Below, piece by piece: positions 30,154 through 39,738 of a stretch of 64,000 bases of DNA (its first letter is position 1; each line of letters starts with the position of its first letter). The notes under the pieces are model-generated. The model did no database searches. It worked only from the letters and a program-made list of their open reading frames with translations, and had not been told where the DNA came from. The position numbers were made by a program, and so were the translations under genes. Source of the stretch: a virus; the IMG/VR virus record IMGVR_UViG_3300043539_000496, positions 3,601-67,600 of that record; one strand, 5' to 3'.

Positions 30154-33100
30154 TACCTAGGAGAATATTGATTTTTACTATTACTAAGTTTTAATATCAT
30201 ATTGACATTATCACATTGTTTCTTTCTCAAACTTAAGAAATTTAAATAATGTCTGAACTTTTTTCTTTGTAATTCTGGTTTTCCATAATTCATATTGTTC
30301 GGATTAAGCACCCTAGTGTAACCATCTACAGAAGTTATCCATGTATTTTCTGAAGAGTAATTACCTTGTAGAATTGTAGTACCTGGAATAAGAGCTCCTG
30401 TTGGAGGATAATTTGATCCTATTGGAAATTCATCTCTATTTCTTGTTATATCCCAGAATTGGTTAAACCTATATTTGTTTTCTTCTTTAGAGAAAAGGAT
30501 GTCATACGAGAATTGATTGGCTCCTAACTTAGGGTATTGTAATGATAAGTTTACATCATTTTTAGGATACAGGTTTAGATTAAGATATCCGGAAACTTGT
30601 TCTGTGTTATATACAACTGCTTGATCAAAATTATAATCAAGTACATGATGTTGATCAATACAACTTTCTCCATTTCGTCTGTAACATTCTAATGCATACT
30701 CCATAGATCTAGTAGTCATTACAGTTTGTCCAGTTACAATTGGAAACTCTAATTCAAACCCGTGTTGTTCACCATAGTAATTACAGAAGCTGTTACATAC
30801 ATAATTATGTTTCCATAAAGTATTATTTTTTACACTTATAAATATATCTTTTGTAGGTAATAGTGAATCTGGATGCCAGTCATGAAAACTAATCCAATAC
30901 TGTGCTTTAGGGTCATAACTTAATGTCCATGAAGCATCTTCAAATAATCTTGGATCACCTAGTAAGTATCTTATATTTTGTTGATTATCTACTATAAAAT
31001 AATCACCAGTACCATTAGATCTTAATGGTACATATGTCACACGATTTTTAAATTCATCTTTTAATCCGTAATCTTTCTTACAAAAATAAAGTACAGTACT
31101 AGAGCTATCATAGGTTGCTTGACAACCAATACCTGATACAGGATTATCTTGCCATGGGTAATCAGGAAAATCTTCAGTAAGTTTATATGGCATATATAAA
31201 ATAAACCACCATTTCATTCCATTCTGTGATATTTCTTTTAATCCTTCACCATAAGCAAATACTCTTCCTTGGTTTTGTGACATATAATAAAGTCCAGCTG
31301 GAGTAGAAATAACAGATCTCCTATTTTGAGAAGATCCATATTCATATGCTTTATCAGAGTTACTTACTGATTGTTGAGGTTGAGAAAATAATCCACCATC
31401 ACCAATAGTAATCTTAGTTCCTAAATCAGTTTGTAGTGTATCTACACCTTGATACATTAGTGGACTATCATTTTTAAATGTAATAAAAATACCACTTTTG
31501 TTAATTGCTTTTACACCACTAATTTGTGATTTAAATTCTTTATAGTTATTGACTAGATATATAAACCAACTATCTTTAACTGCTTCAGCTTGTTGAGGTA
31601 GAGAATATATTATTCTATCAGGGTAGTAAGTGTAACATAACTTTGCTACTTCAGGATCATAATATCTTGATTGAAGACTACCCGCAGAAAAATATTGGTT
31701 ATAAAGTTTTGATACACTTAAACTGTAATCATATATGTACTCACTTAATCTACCCATGACAGCTGGATCCATATCAAACATTGCTTGATAATCTGTATAT
31801 CTATATGGGTCATAATGTTTACCTCCTTCTCTTTCACTATTTTTTCTAAAGTCAACAAGTACTTCAGACTCAACAAAAAAATCTCTTATACCTGAATTAG
31901 CTAAATAAAAATATGCATTTTTTACTGACCAAATACCAGCATAGTATTGAATCCAAAAGAATGGTGGAAACGGAACAACTGTAAAAAATCCATTTCTTGT
32001 ATCATTTGTATAATCATAAAATGCTGTTTGTCCTATTGCATTTTGTCTCCAATAGTCTAGTCTATAAGATGCACTTGGTCTTGCACCTACACCTGGTATT
32101 GCAGGTGTTCCTGGAATAAAAGCTTCAGCTAAATTATTTATATCATACAGTTGACTATTTACTTTAAATCTAGCTTGAGGTATCATGCTATGTAAATAGT
32201 AGTTGTACTCAAATCCATCAGGTTGATCATATAACCAATCATAAAAGAACATCATATTGTTCTTTTCTGTATATCTATTTATATAAGTATCTCCACCAAA
32301 TAATACAGGAGTTCTTTGTATAGTTTTAAAGTTATATGTTTTATTATCTGTTGGACATATCCAATTTGTAGGAATTAAATTATAATCTTTTAATTTTTGC
32401 TCACATGTTGTAATTACAATTTGATACTCACTTCCTAGTTGACCATACTGATTTCTAACTCTACCTTTTAAACCACCATAATGACTAGCAATAGTTTGTC
32501 TAAAACCAACATCTTTATCATCTTCATTAAAATTAGGTGTAAATGTAGATGGAGTAGCTTGAGATTGTACCAAGCTTCCTAATGTAACTAATGATTTATC
32601 TTGAACACCTGATGTAATTAAATGAGGTCCAATGTTTGCACCATCAGGAACTCCTGGAATATAGTCAGGTCCTGAAGTAGTTCTTATTGTTACGGCATCA
32701 GATCTTTTTAAATTATTTATTTTATAACCATATGTTATAGCAGGAAATATATTGTCTTGATACTTAGAAACATTTTGTATATTATCTCTTAAATAAAAAC
32801 TATCTCTTATTCTAAATCTTAATAGTTCATTATTTGAAATTTTTCTCATGTTAGAATAATAACCATGACTTATAGATTGTAATCCATATTGTCTAAAAGG
32901 TACTATTGCATAAAATATTTTTAATGTAACATCTGCACCTTCTGAAAAATAAAACACAACTTGATTTAATGCACCTAATGATCTTGTAACAGGATCTAGA
33001 TATGCCCATCTAGGAAACTCAATTGTTCCAGCAAGTGATAATAAACCTGGTATACCAGCATCATCTGCATTAGTATTTATAACACCAATTAAACTATTTA

Positions 33101-35723
33101 TTTCTGTTGCATATTGTGTATTACTATATCCTGCTGCAATAGCTGTAAATACATCACTATATGCAGTACCACTTGAATAATACGTGTTAATAAAAGGATT
33201 GTATCCAGTAAGTAGATTAGTTAATGCATTATCAATATTCCCTAAAGCATTGTTTTGTGCAAGTGCATCGTCAATTTGACCACCAGTTCCAGGTGTACTA
33301 TTACCTCCAACAAATGTTCCTGAACCAGTTGGACCAAAACTAAGATTGATTGGATTAATTCCTCCTGTTCCTCTAACTTGTTCTGTATATGAATTTATAA
33401 TTGGTTCATTTACTGTTCTCTTACCTAACATAGATATGATAGCTTCAGCTACACCAGCAACTATCATTGGTAGAATTACATCATCACTTAATAGTTTCCA
33501 TTTTGGATGACCATTAGGTTCTTGAAAATTTATATCGGCATAACCACTTAATGTTCCATATAATTTAAACTCTGTGGTAGAGAGAAATGGAGTACGGAAC
33601 ATTGTATCCGGGGAATGAAATGTAAATATATCATTAGGTATATTTTGATCTAAATCATTTCCTGCAGCATCTTGATTTCTAATATATGGATCATTATACA
33701 AGTAATTATGATCACCTGGTGTATTAGAATTATTTAATGGAAGAATAGTATTATAAGGATAGTTTGGATAAAGTCCAATTACATCAGAAGGAATATTATT
33801 TCTTATTTTATAACTTCTAAAATTATTAACCATTCCTTTGGCAATAATAGTTTTATTACCTTCTCTAGAACCTCTAAGAATTTCATAACCAACTATACCA
33901 GGAATATCATTTCCATTTTGATCTTTTGGAAGCATTATGTTTTCAAAATAAACTCCCATTAATCTAATAAAATATTCATCAGCACCAGCACTTGTTGTAT
34001 TTGAATTTGGTCTAAAATGTAATGCTTGTGTAGCAGGACTGTTATTTATAAAATTTTCAGGAAACTTATGATGTCTTATTGGTAAACCACACAAATCATA
34101 ATTACCGACACTCTGTCCTGGTAGTAGTTGAGCAGCAGGTCCTGTCCAACAATATCTACTTGGATTCCAAATATCAGGTCTGTTATCTGGATATATTTCT
34201 TCTGATTCCCAATAACCCATTTCTCCAATTGCAACTACAGTACCTCCATCATCAGTTGTTGTACCTACAACAGGACCCGGTGCTATATTTATTGTAGCTG
34301 TATTATAAACTTCAAATACTTGATCATCTGTTGCTAATATATTTTTATCAGGATTTAATAAAAAATCAGATGTTTCATTTAATGCAGGTCCTCCTGGAAT
34401 TTGAAATTGTCTTGGAGCACGTCCTGGAATATGATATGAAGAAGACTTATCTCCTGTATCATAAATCCATCTAATGTAGAAAGTATAAACTTCATCTCTA
34501 AGATAATTTGTTTTATTACCTCCCTTCATGTAATAATCAGCAGGATACTCAACACTTGCCCATCTTGTGCTAATCATATTAGCAAGTGGTTGATAATTAA
34601 AATCAAATTTAGATCTAGGACCTACTCGTAATAAATAATCATTTACTTCTGCTATTTGATCAGATGTTTCAAATACAGGAGTTTGAATTGGTAATTGTTC
34701 TAAAGGAACTTTTATAAGACTAGGATTAATTTGATCAATTGCAATTCTATTTGTATTAGTAGAATAGATTCCCATTTGACTAGCTACAGTTTGTTGATTT
34801 GTAGCTTCTACAATTACCAAAATAAATTCATCAAAGTTTTCTGAATCAACTTCTACATCTAATATTAACGAACCCTCTAGATCATTTACAGTATAGATAA
34901 ACTGAAAGTTACTTTGTGAAAACCAATCTGTTACTCTTTGTCCTTTAATACTATATGCAATAACTGCAAAATAAGTTCCATTGGCTAATGTTCCACCTGA
35001 TTGACCTAGTGTTAAATTAAGACATGGTGTCTCCATTAATCTAGCAAGTCTGGTATCATCACAATTAAGTGAGTTTATATATGTTGTAAATTCACATGGT
35101 TGTGCTGGAGTTACTTTTTCATACCAAGGAACACCTGGCCAAAGAAAATTTACAACAGTACCATTAGAATAATAGTTCATATTTAAACCACCTAACCATT
35201 GATAATCAGATGTTGGCCATGTTTGAGGATCTCCAATATTTAAATATCTATCTGGATTAAATCCATCTGCCCAATACACTTGCCAAGAACAATCTTCTTT
35301 TTCTCTAGATGCTCCAGATATAAGATATCTTTTATCAAAGTTTAAACATGGGTCTTGTACAATTTCTCTGTATCTACAAGAGTCCTCTTCATACAACCCT
35401 ATTTCAGAAGTTATTCTTTGTCCTTGTGAATTATGTCCTGCAGTAAATATTACCCATTTATCTGAATAAAGATATATAGCACCTACTATATGTTTGTCTG
35501 TTGCTGTAGCTGGCATTGATAGTCCAGTAACACCACATGGTTCATTTCCTATTTCATTAGATAATGTATTAACATCTCCTTCAATAGTATTGTTAACTAC
35601 ATTAATTGCATGAGTCCACATTCCTTCAGATACAAATGAAGGATCAGAATCTTTATTTAATCCTTTTGAAAAAGAATTAGTAAATACTTTAGACGTATCT
35701 TGTATACCCTGTTTCTTTGCCAT
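30153..35723 (-). CDS. Tail stabilization/muzzle-like protein (1856 aa)
   Basis: N-terminal FSKGLNKD, late WTLSY...WISFHDW, beta-rich composition; follows the tail ring genes as in crAss-like phages. Confidence 0.7.
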   Translation of the reverse strand: MAKKQGIQDTSKVFTNSFSKGLNKDSDPSFVSEGMWTHAINVVNNTIEGDVNTLSNEIGNEPCGVTGLSMPATATDKHIVGAIYLYSDKWVIFTAGHNSQGQRITSEIGLYEEDSCRYREIVQDPCLNFDKRYLISGASREKEDCSWQVYWADGFNPDRYLNIGDPQTWPTSDYQWLGGLNMNYYSNGTVVNFLWPGVPWYEKVTPAQPCEFTTYINSLNCDDTRLARLMETPCLNLTLGQSGGTLANGTYFAVIAYSIKGQRVTDWFSQSNFQFIYTVNDLEGSLILDVEVDSENFDEFILVIVEATNQQTVASQMGIYSTNTNRIAIDQINPSLIKVPLEQLPIQTPVFETSDQIAEVNDYLLRVGPRSKFDFNYQPLANMISTRWASVEYPADYYMKGGNKTNYLRDEVYTFYIRWIYDTGDKSSSYHIPGRAPRQFQIPGGPALNETSDFLLNPDKNILATDDQVFEVYNTATINIAPGPVVGTTTDDGGTVVAIGEMGYWESEEIYPDNRPDIWNPSRYCWTGPAAQLLPGQSVGNYDLCGLPIRHHKFPENFINNSPATQALHFRPNSNTTSAGADEYFIRLMGVYFENIMLPKDQNGNDIPGIVGYEILRGSREGNKTIIAKGMVNNFRSYKIRNNIPSDVIGLYPNYPYNTILPLNNSNTPGDHNYLYNDPYIRNQDAAGNDLDQNIPNDIFTFHSPDTMFRTPFLSTTEFKLYGTLSGYADINFQEPNGHPKWKLLSDDVILPMIVAGVAEAIISMLGKRTVNEPIINSYTEQVRGTGGINPINLSFGPTGSGTFVGGNSTPGTGGQIDDALAQNNALGNIDNALTNLLTGYNPFINTYYSSGTAYSDVFTAIAAGYSNTQYATEINSLIGVINTNADDAGIPGLLSLAGTIEFPRWAYLDPVTRSLGALNQVVFYFSEGADVTLKIFYAIVPFRQYGLQSISHGYYSNMRKISNNELLRFRIRDSFYLRDNIQNVSKYQDNIFPAITYGYKINNLKRSDAVTIRTTSGPDYIPGVPDGANIGPHLITSGVQDKSLVTLGSLVQSQATPSTFTPNFNEDDKDVGFRQTIASHYGGLKGRVRNQYGQLGSEYQIVITTCEQKLKDYNLIPTNWICPTDNKTYNFKTIQRTPVLFGGDTYINRYTEKNNMMFFYDWLYDQPDGFEYNYYLHSMIPQARFKVNSQLYDINNLAEAFIPGTPAIPGVGARPSASYRLDYWRQNAIGQTAFYDYTNDTRNGFFTVVPFPPFFWIQYYAGIWSVKNAYFYLANSGIRDFFVESEVLVDFRKNSEREGGKHYDPYRYTDYQAMFDMDPAVMGRLSEYIYDYSLSVSKLYNQYFSAGSLQSRYYDPEVAKLCYTYYPDRIIYSLPQQAEAVKDSWFIYLVNNYKEFKSQISGVKAINKSGIFITFKNDSPLMYQGVDTLQTDLGTKITIGDGGLFSQPQQSVSNSDKAYEYGSSQNRRSVISTPAGLYYMSQNQGRVFAYGEGLKEISQNGMKWWFILYMPYKLTEDFPDYPWQDNPVSGIGCQATYDSSSTVLYFCKKDYGLKDEFKNRVTYVPLRSNGTGDYFIVDNQQNIRYLLGDPRLFEDASWTLSYDPKAQYWISFHDWHPDSLLPTKDIFISVKNNTLWKHNYVCNSFCNYYGEQHGFELEFPIVTGQTVMTTRSMEYALECYRRNGESCIDQHHVLDYNFDQAVVYNTEQVSGYLNLNLYPKNDVNLSLQYPKLGANQFSYDILFSKEENKYRFNQFWDITRNRDEFPIGSNYPPTGALIPGTTILQGNYSSENTWITSVDGYTRVLNPNNMNYGKPELQRKKFRHYLNFLSLRKKQCDNVNMILKLSNSKNQYSPR

Positions 35724-35725
35724 AA

Positions 35726-36781
35726 CTAAATAACTCTACTATTTGTGTTTCTTCTATAGTAAGGATTGTTAGGTGAGTGACTCATAAACATATAGTAGTA
35801 TTTACCATACTGAGCTTTTCTATTTGCCCACCAAAGTTTTTCCATTTCTCTAAAGTTTGGAGTATTAACTAGATTGAGTGCTTGATTTCTTGCAACTCTT
35901 AGTCTTTGTTCTATAAGTTGCATTCTTTGAGCAACATCTTCTCCATTAATATAAAGATTCTCTAGTATTCTTGCTTTTAATGCATACTCATAATATTCAT
36001 TAAGAAGGTCATGATCGGGAACCATTAGATTACCATTATCATCAAGTAGTTCACCTTGGTAATTTAAATAAACTTTTTCACTTTCAAAAGTTGTAAATAA
36101 AAACCCATCTTTTATCCAACCCTCATTTGGTGTATTATAATATAAGTTTGGACAGTCGCATTCAATTTCTTGACTTGACTTCATTCGTAGTGGTAAAAGT
36201 TTTGAATAGGTTCTTGTTGTTCCTGTATTTAAAACTTGTATTAGTTCATACTTCTCACCTTTACAGTTCATAAATACTCTTGGTCTAATACAGGTATCAC
36301 CATATGGATTAAGTGGATCAACAGAATCAGGAATTACTACAGGAGCACATGTAGGAGGATTTGTATTACTAGAACATGCTGCAGTATTATTACAAGGATT
36401 TGAACCACACGTAGAACAATTAATTGTTGGTGCTGCACACTGATTTACAGTAGATGGAACTTCTTTATAAGGTACTTCTTGTATGTTGGTACCACCAGCA
36501 GGATATCCATAACCTACAAAATCTTTATATTCTCCACAAACAAATGCAAAATTAAATGTATAAAAGTCATCAGGTAATTTTACTTTATTATGACATACTT
36601 CAAGTATTGTTTCTTTCTGCTGATTAATTCTTAAACCTAAATCATAATTAATCTTTTTTACAAGTTTAATTAATTGTTGAGGCTCAATCATATTTTCCAA
36701 TGCAAATGTATGCATGTCAATAGTAACATCTTCCAACAACTGGTCAAATGTTCTGTATTTTAGTGTGTAGTTAAAATCCAT
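35726..36781 (-). CDS. Tail tubular/ring protein with a Cys-rich insertion
   Basis: KVKLPDDF and YLNYQG...DDNGNLMVPD...YYEY motifs; immediately upstream of the muzzle-like gene. Confidence 0.6.
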   Translation of the reverse strand: MDFNYTLKYRTFDQLLEDVTIDMHTFALENMIEPQQLIKLVKKINYDLGLRINQQKETILEVCHNKVKLPDDFYTFNFAFVCGEYKDFVGYGYPAGGTNIQEVPYKEVPSTVNQCAAPTINCSTCGSNPCNNTAACSSNTNPPTCAPVVIPDSVDPLNPYGDTCIRPRVFMNCKGEKYELIQVLNTGTTRTYSKLLPLRMKSSQEIECDCPNLYYNTPNEGWIKDGFLFTTFESEKVYLNYQGELLDDNGNLMVPDHDLLNEYYEYALKARILENLYINGEDVAQRMQLIEQRLRVARNQALNLVNTPNFREMEKLWWANRKAQYGKYYYMFMSHSPNNPYYRRNTNSRVI

Positions 36782-37449
36782 TATCTTAATGCATTTTGAC
36801 CATCATCAGGCCCATCAGTTGGAACCTGCATAGCCATGGTTAATTCTTTTATAACAAACTGCTCTATTTCAGAAAATAAATATTCTGGAAAAGGTAATGG
36901 ATCATTCTGTCTAATAAGACAAGGATCTGTATTACAATTATACTCTGCAGTACTTCCTTCAAATACAGCTTCAATTCTTATTGCTTCCCAGTCTATATTG
37001 GGACAATATAAGTAACCGTTAAGATACCAGAAGTAAGGTCTCTTATTATATTTAAATGTTGTTGACTTAGTTATAGAAACCCAAGTACCAGGATCTGTTC
37101 TGAACATTTCTATTGATCCATCTATAGAAGATACAGTACGAATAATAGGACCCATTGCTCCATCAAAAATTGTAGGTAGTTTATCTTTTGTTCTTTTAAA
37201 ATAACATCCTGAATATACACCAATACATCCTGCTTCAACTCTATCAACATCAATAAGTTCAACATAAGAAAGAACATTGAAGATAGAACTTATCTTCATT
37301 AATCTAAATTGATTATCTTCTCTCTTTAAAAGAGTTTGCCCATACTTTGTTATTGCAGAATATATAACTCTGTCAGTAAGAAAAGGATCTTCCTTTACAG
37401 CTTTTAATGTATTTCTTACTCGTGATACGGCATCTCCAATTGTTGTCAT
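36781..37449 (-). CDS. Tail ring/adaptor structural protein
   Basis: Gene order; YFWYLNGYLY...IEAVFE...PFPEYL pattern. Confidence 0.55.
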   Translation of the reverse strand: MTTIGDAVSRVRNTLKAVKEDPFLTDRVIYSAITKYGQTLLKREDNQFRLMKISSIFNVLSYVELIDVDRVEAGCIGVYSGCYFKRTKDKLPTIFDGAMGPIIRTVSSIDGSIEMFRTDPGTWVSITKSTTFKYNKRPYFWYLNGYLYCPNIDWEAIRIEAVFEGSTAEYNCNTDPCLIRQNDPLPFPEYLFSEIEQFVIKELTMAMQVPTDGPDDGQNALR

Positions 37450-38027
37450 AACTCAAATTCGTTATATGTTTTTAAAGTTGTTTTCTCAACTTTATTTAAA
37501 TAATCTTTATACATAATACTATTGTAAACTTTATCTATTTTTGCCTTAGATAGAACAGGTACATATATATTCCAATTTTCAGGATATGTTTTAGCTACTG
37601 ATCTTTTAAATTCTCTACATGCAGTAAACCCCCAAAATTCTCTATTCTTCATTTTGTGTTTTGGTGCATAGTTTGTAAAAAATATCTTAGCTAGTTTTCC
37701 ATCTGTTTCCCAATTATTGTTTGTTACCTTAACACCATACTTTTTAGATTTTGCATAATCAATATTGTCTTTCTTACTACGTTGACATGTTCCAATAAAT
37801 AACCAACCTAATTGCTCCGGCAATTGCACACCATCTCTTGTATCAATTACTGTCTGATAAACTATTTGATTAAATCGTTTAATGATTTTTCTTAATAGTT
37901 TATTATCCAAGTTTTTATACTTAGGATATGCTTTTTTAAAGTTTTCAAAGAACTCTTTATTTAAGAGAGTTATTACTTCTGGTCTATACCTTGAAGCTTT
38001 TACATTTGGTTTCTTAAACTCCTTCAT
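37446..38027 (-). CDS. IHF/HU-like DNA-binding protein (crAss-type)
   Basis: Basic protein with GVQLPEQLGWLFI HU-like strand; IHF-like genes sit next to tail ring genes in crAss-like phages. Confidence 0.55.
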   Translation of the reverse strand: MKEFKKPNVKASRYRPEVITLLNKEFFENFKKAYPKYKNLDNKLLRKIIKRFNQIVYQTVIDTRDGVQLPEQLGWLFIGTCQRSKKDNIDYAKSKKYGVKVTNNNWETDGKLAKIFFTNYAPKHKMKNREFWGFTACREFKRSVAKTYPENWNIYVPVLSKAKIDKVYNSIMYKDYLNKVEKTTLKTYNEFEL

Positions 38028-38030
38028 ATT

Positions 38031-38042
38031 AATATACTAAAA
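38031..38042 (-). promoter_or_regulatory. WGTATATT element, putative promoter
   Basis: TTTTAGTATATT 3 nt upstream of ATG 38027, just after a terminator. Confidence 0.5.
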
Positions 38043-38067
38043 ATATTTGACATTAACAAATGTAACT

Positions 38068-38100
38068 AAAAAACAAAACCCCCACAAGTGTGAGGGTATT
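38068..38100 (-). terminator. Rho-independent terminator
   Basis: ACCCTCAC-ACTT-GTGGGGGT stem-loop followed by TTTGTTTTTT. Confidence 0.8.
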
Positions 38101-38135
38101 GCCTTGTTGTCACAGAAACCAACAACCTGTAACTT
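38068..38135 (-). ncRNA. Candidate 3'UTR-derived structured RNA (seed hairpin plus terminator)
   Basis: Stem GUUACAG/CUGUGAC (G-U pair possible only on the minus strand) with loop GUUGUUGGUUU complementary to AAACCAACAA leader motifs. Confidence 0.4.
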
Positions 38136-38143
38136 CTTTATAG

Positions 38144-39727
38144 TTATCCAACTCGTCTTATTGACCAGTCTATATTATCTCCAATTACGGGTACATAATT
38201 AATATCTGTAAAGTTCAAAACTTTAAAAATCAATTGTGTACCTGCATTTAATACAGCACCTTGTAATGTTCCTGTTAAATATGCTGTCTTTAAGAACACT
38301 CCTTTTCTAATCATAATAATATCAGCAAAGTATATTATAGCTGTTCCTGTAGTATCAGTAACACCTATTTGTATATTTCCATCATTTGAATCTCCCCAAC
38401 CAGTAGTACCTGCAGGAGCAGTAAGATATAAGTTACAATTAATATCATATCTACCTGTTTGAGGACATGTCCAAACTCCTGTACCAGCATTATATTGTGA
38501 CGTTGTTACTCCATTAACAATTTGATACTGAACAGTAGGAATAATAGTTTGACCTGTTCCAACAAATGAGTTTAAATAACTTTTAACTTGAACATTAATA
38601 GTTGGAGGAGGTGATATTATTGCTCTAAATGCAGTACCAAATAAACCGGCTGTTTGTTCAATTACATCACCAGTACCATTAGTTAATAGATTAAATGTAG
38701 GAGTTCCTGCAAATGTACCTATACCATATCTATTAAGTTTTAACTGCCCATTTCCTGATATCTCTAATTTAGTATCAGGTGTTGCAGAACCATTGTCTTT
38801 TGTAGTAATAAAAAATTTAGCTACATTTAAAAGTGGTAATGCACTATTTGTAGTAGATGTATAACCTATTCTTCCCGATGATAATTCTGTTCCTAAAGTT
38901 GTTTGATAAGTAAAATTAATTGCTGCACCTATACCTGCAAGTGCGGGTGCTGCAGTAGATGCATACAATTTAAGAACATTAACTGTAACATTACCTAATG
39001 TAGGTTCTTCAGCAACTGCATATAATGCAGGATTAGTAGGAGCATTATTTGTTGTTACAAGCAAACCTTGTCCTAAACCACCTCCAAATTCAGCAGCTTT
39101 TGATGTAGCATCTGTAATAAGATTTCTAATTGTAAGACCAATTGTATTTGCATCAACACCACTTGTTACAATTGTCATAGCTGATGATCCTGCAATAGGA
39201 GTTGCTGTAAAGGTAGTTGTGTATCCTGCTTGAGTTATAGTAGTATCTTGTATTAATGTTCCTCCCCATTGTACATTTGTTATTGTACTCATAGTAAGAC
39301 CATTATCAGCTGTAATTGGTACTAGTGTAGAAATAGCAGTACAAAAATAATTTACTATAGCTTCAAATGCTTCTATAATACTAGAATCAGCATCTACAAC
39401 AATATCTGTATCACATGTTATTTCAGGAATAGTTGGATTAAATGCACAAAAATATCTTACAATATCTTCTAATGCATTCATTATAGATGTATCTGGAACA
39501 ACTACTGTGTCATCATTACAAGTAATACCAGGTCCAGAATATATAACACAATTAGCATCTAATACTTCTGAACATGCAGGAGGATCGGGACATCCTGCTG
39601 GTGTAGGGCATGGTGGTGGGGTAGTTAAAAAACTATCCTTGCAACCACACTTTGGACATTTAGTATTGCAACCACTACAAGTTGTATTACAACTAGTACA
39701 TGTTATATTTGTATTTGAACAAGCCAT
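38144..39727 (-). CDS. Tail/head fibre-like protein with Cys-rich N-terminus and C1q-like C-terminal domain
   Basis: YNAGTGVWTCPQTGRYDINCNL resembles the C1q signature; T/G/A-rich beta region. Confidence 0.55.
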   Translation of the reverse strand: MACSNTNITCTSCNTTCSGCNTKCPKCGCKDSFLTTPPPCPTPAGCPDPPACSEVLDANCVIYSGPGITCNDDTVVVPDTSIMNALEDIVRYFCAFNPTIPEITCDTDIVVDADSSIIEAFEAIVNYFCTAISTLVPITADNGLTMSTITNVQWGGTLIQDTTITQAGYTTTFTATPIAGSSAMTIVTSGVDANTIGLTIRNLITDATSKAAEFGGGLGQGLLVTTNNAPTNPALYAVAEEPTLGNVTVNVLKLYASTAAPALAGIGAAINFTYQTTLGTELSSGRIGYTSTTNSALPLLNVAKFFITTKDNGSATPDTKLEISGNGQLKLNRYGIGTFAGTPTFNLLTNGTGDVIEQTAGLFGTAFRAIISPPPTINVQVKSYLNSFVGTGQTIIPTVQYQIVNGVTTSQYNAGTGVWTCPQTGRYDINCNLYLTAPAGTTGWGDSNDGNIQIGVTDTTGTAIIYFADIIMIRKGVFLKTAYLTGTLQGAVLNAGTQLIFKVLNFTDINYVPVIGDNIDWSIRRVG

Positions 39728-39738
39728 TATTTAATATT

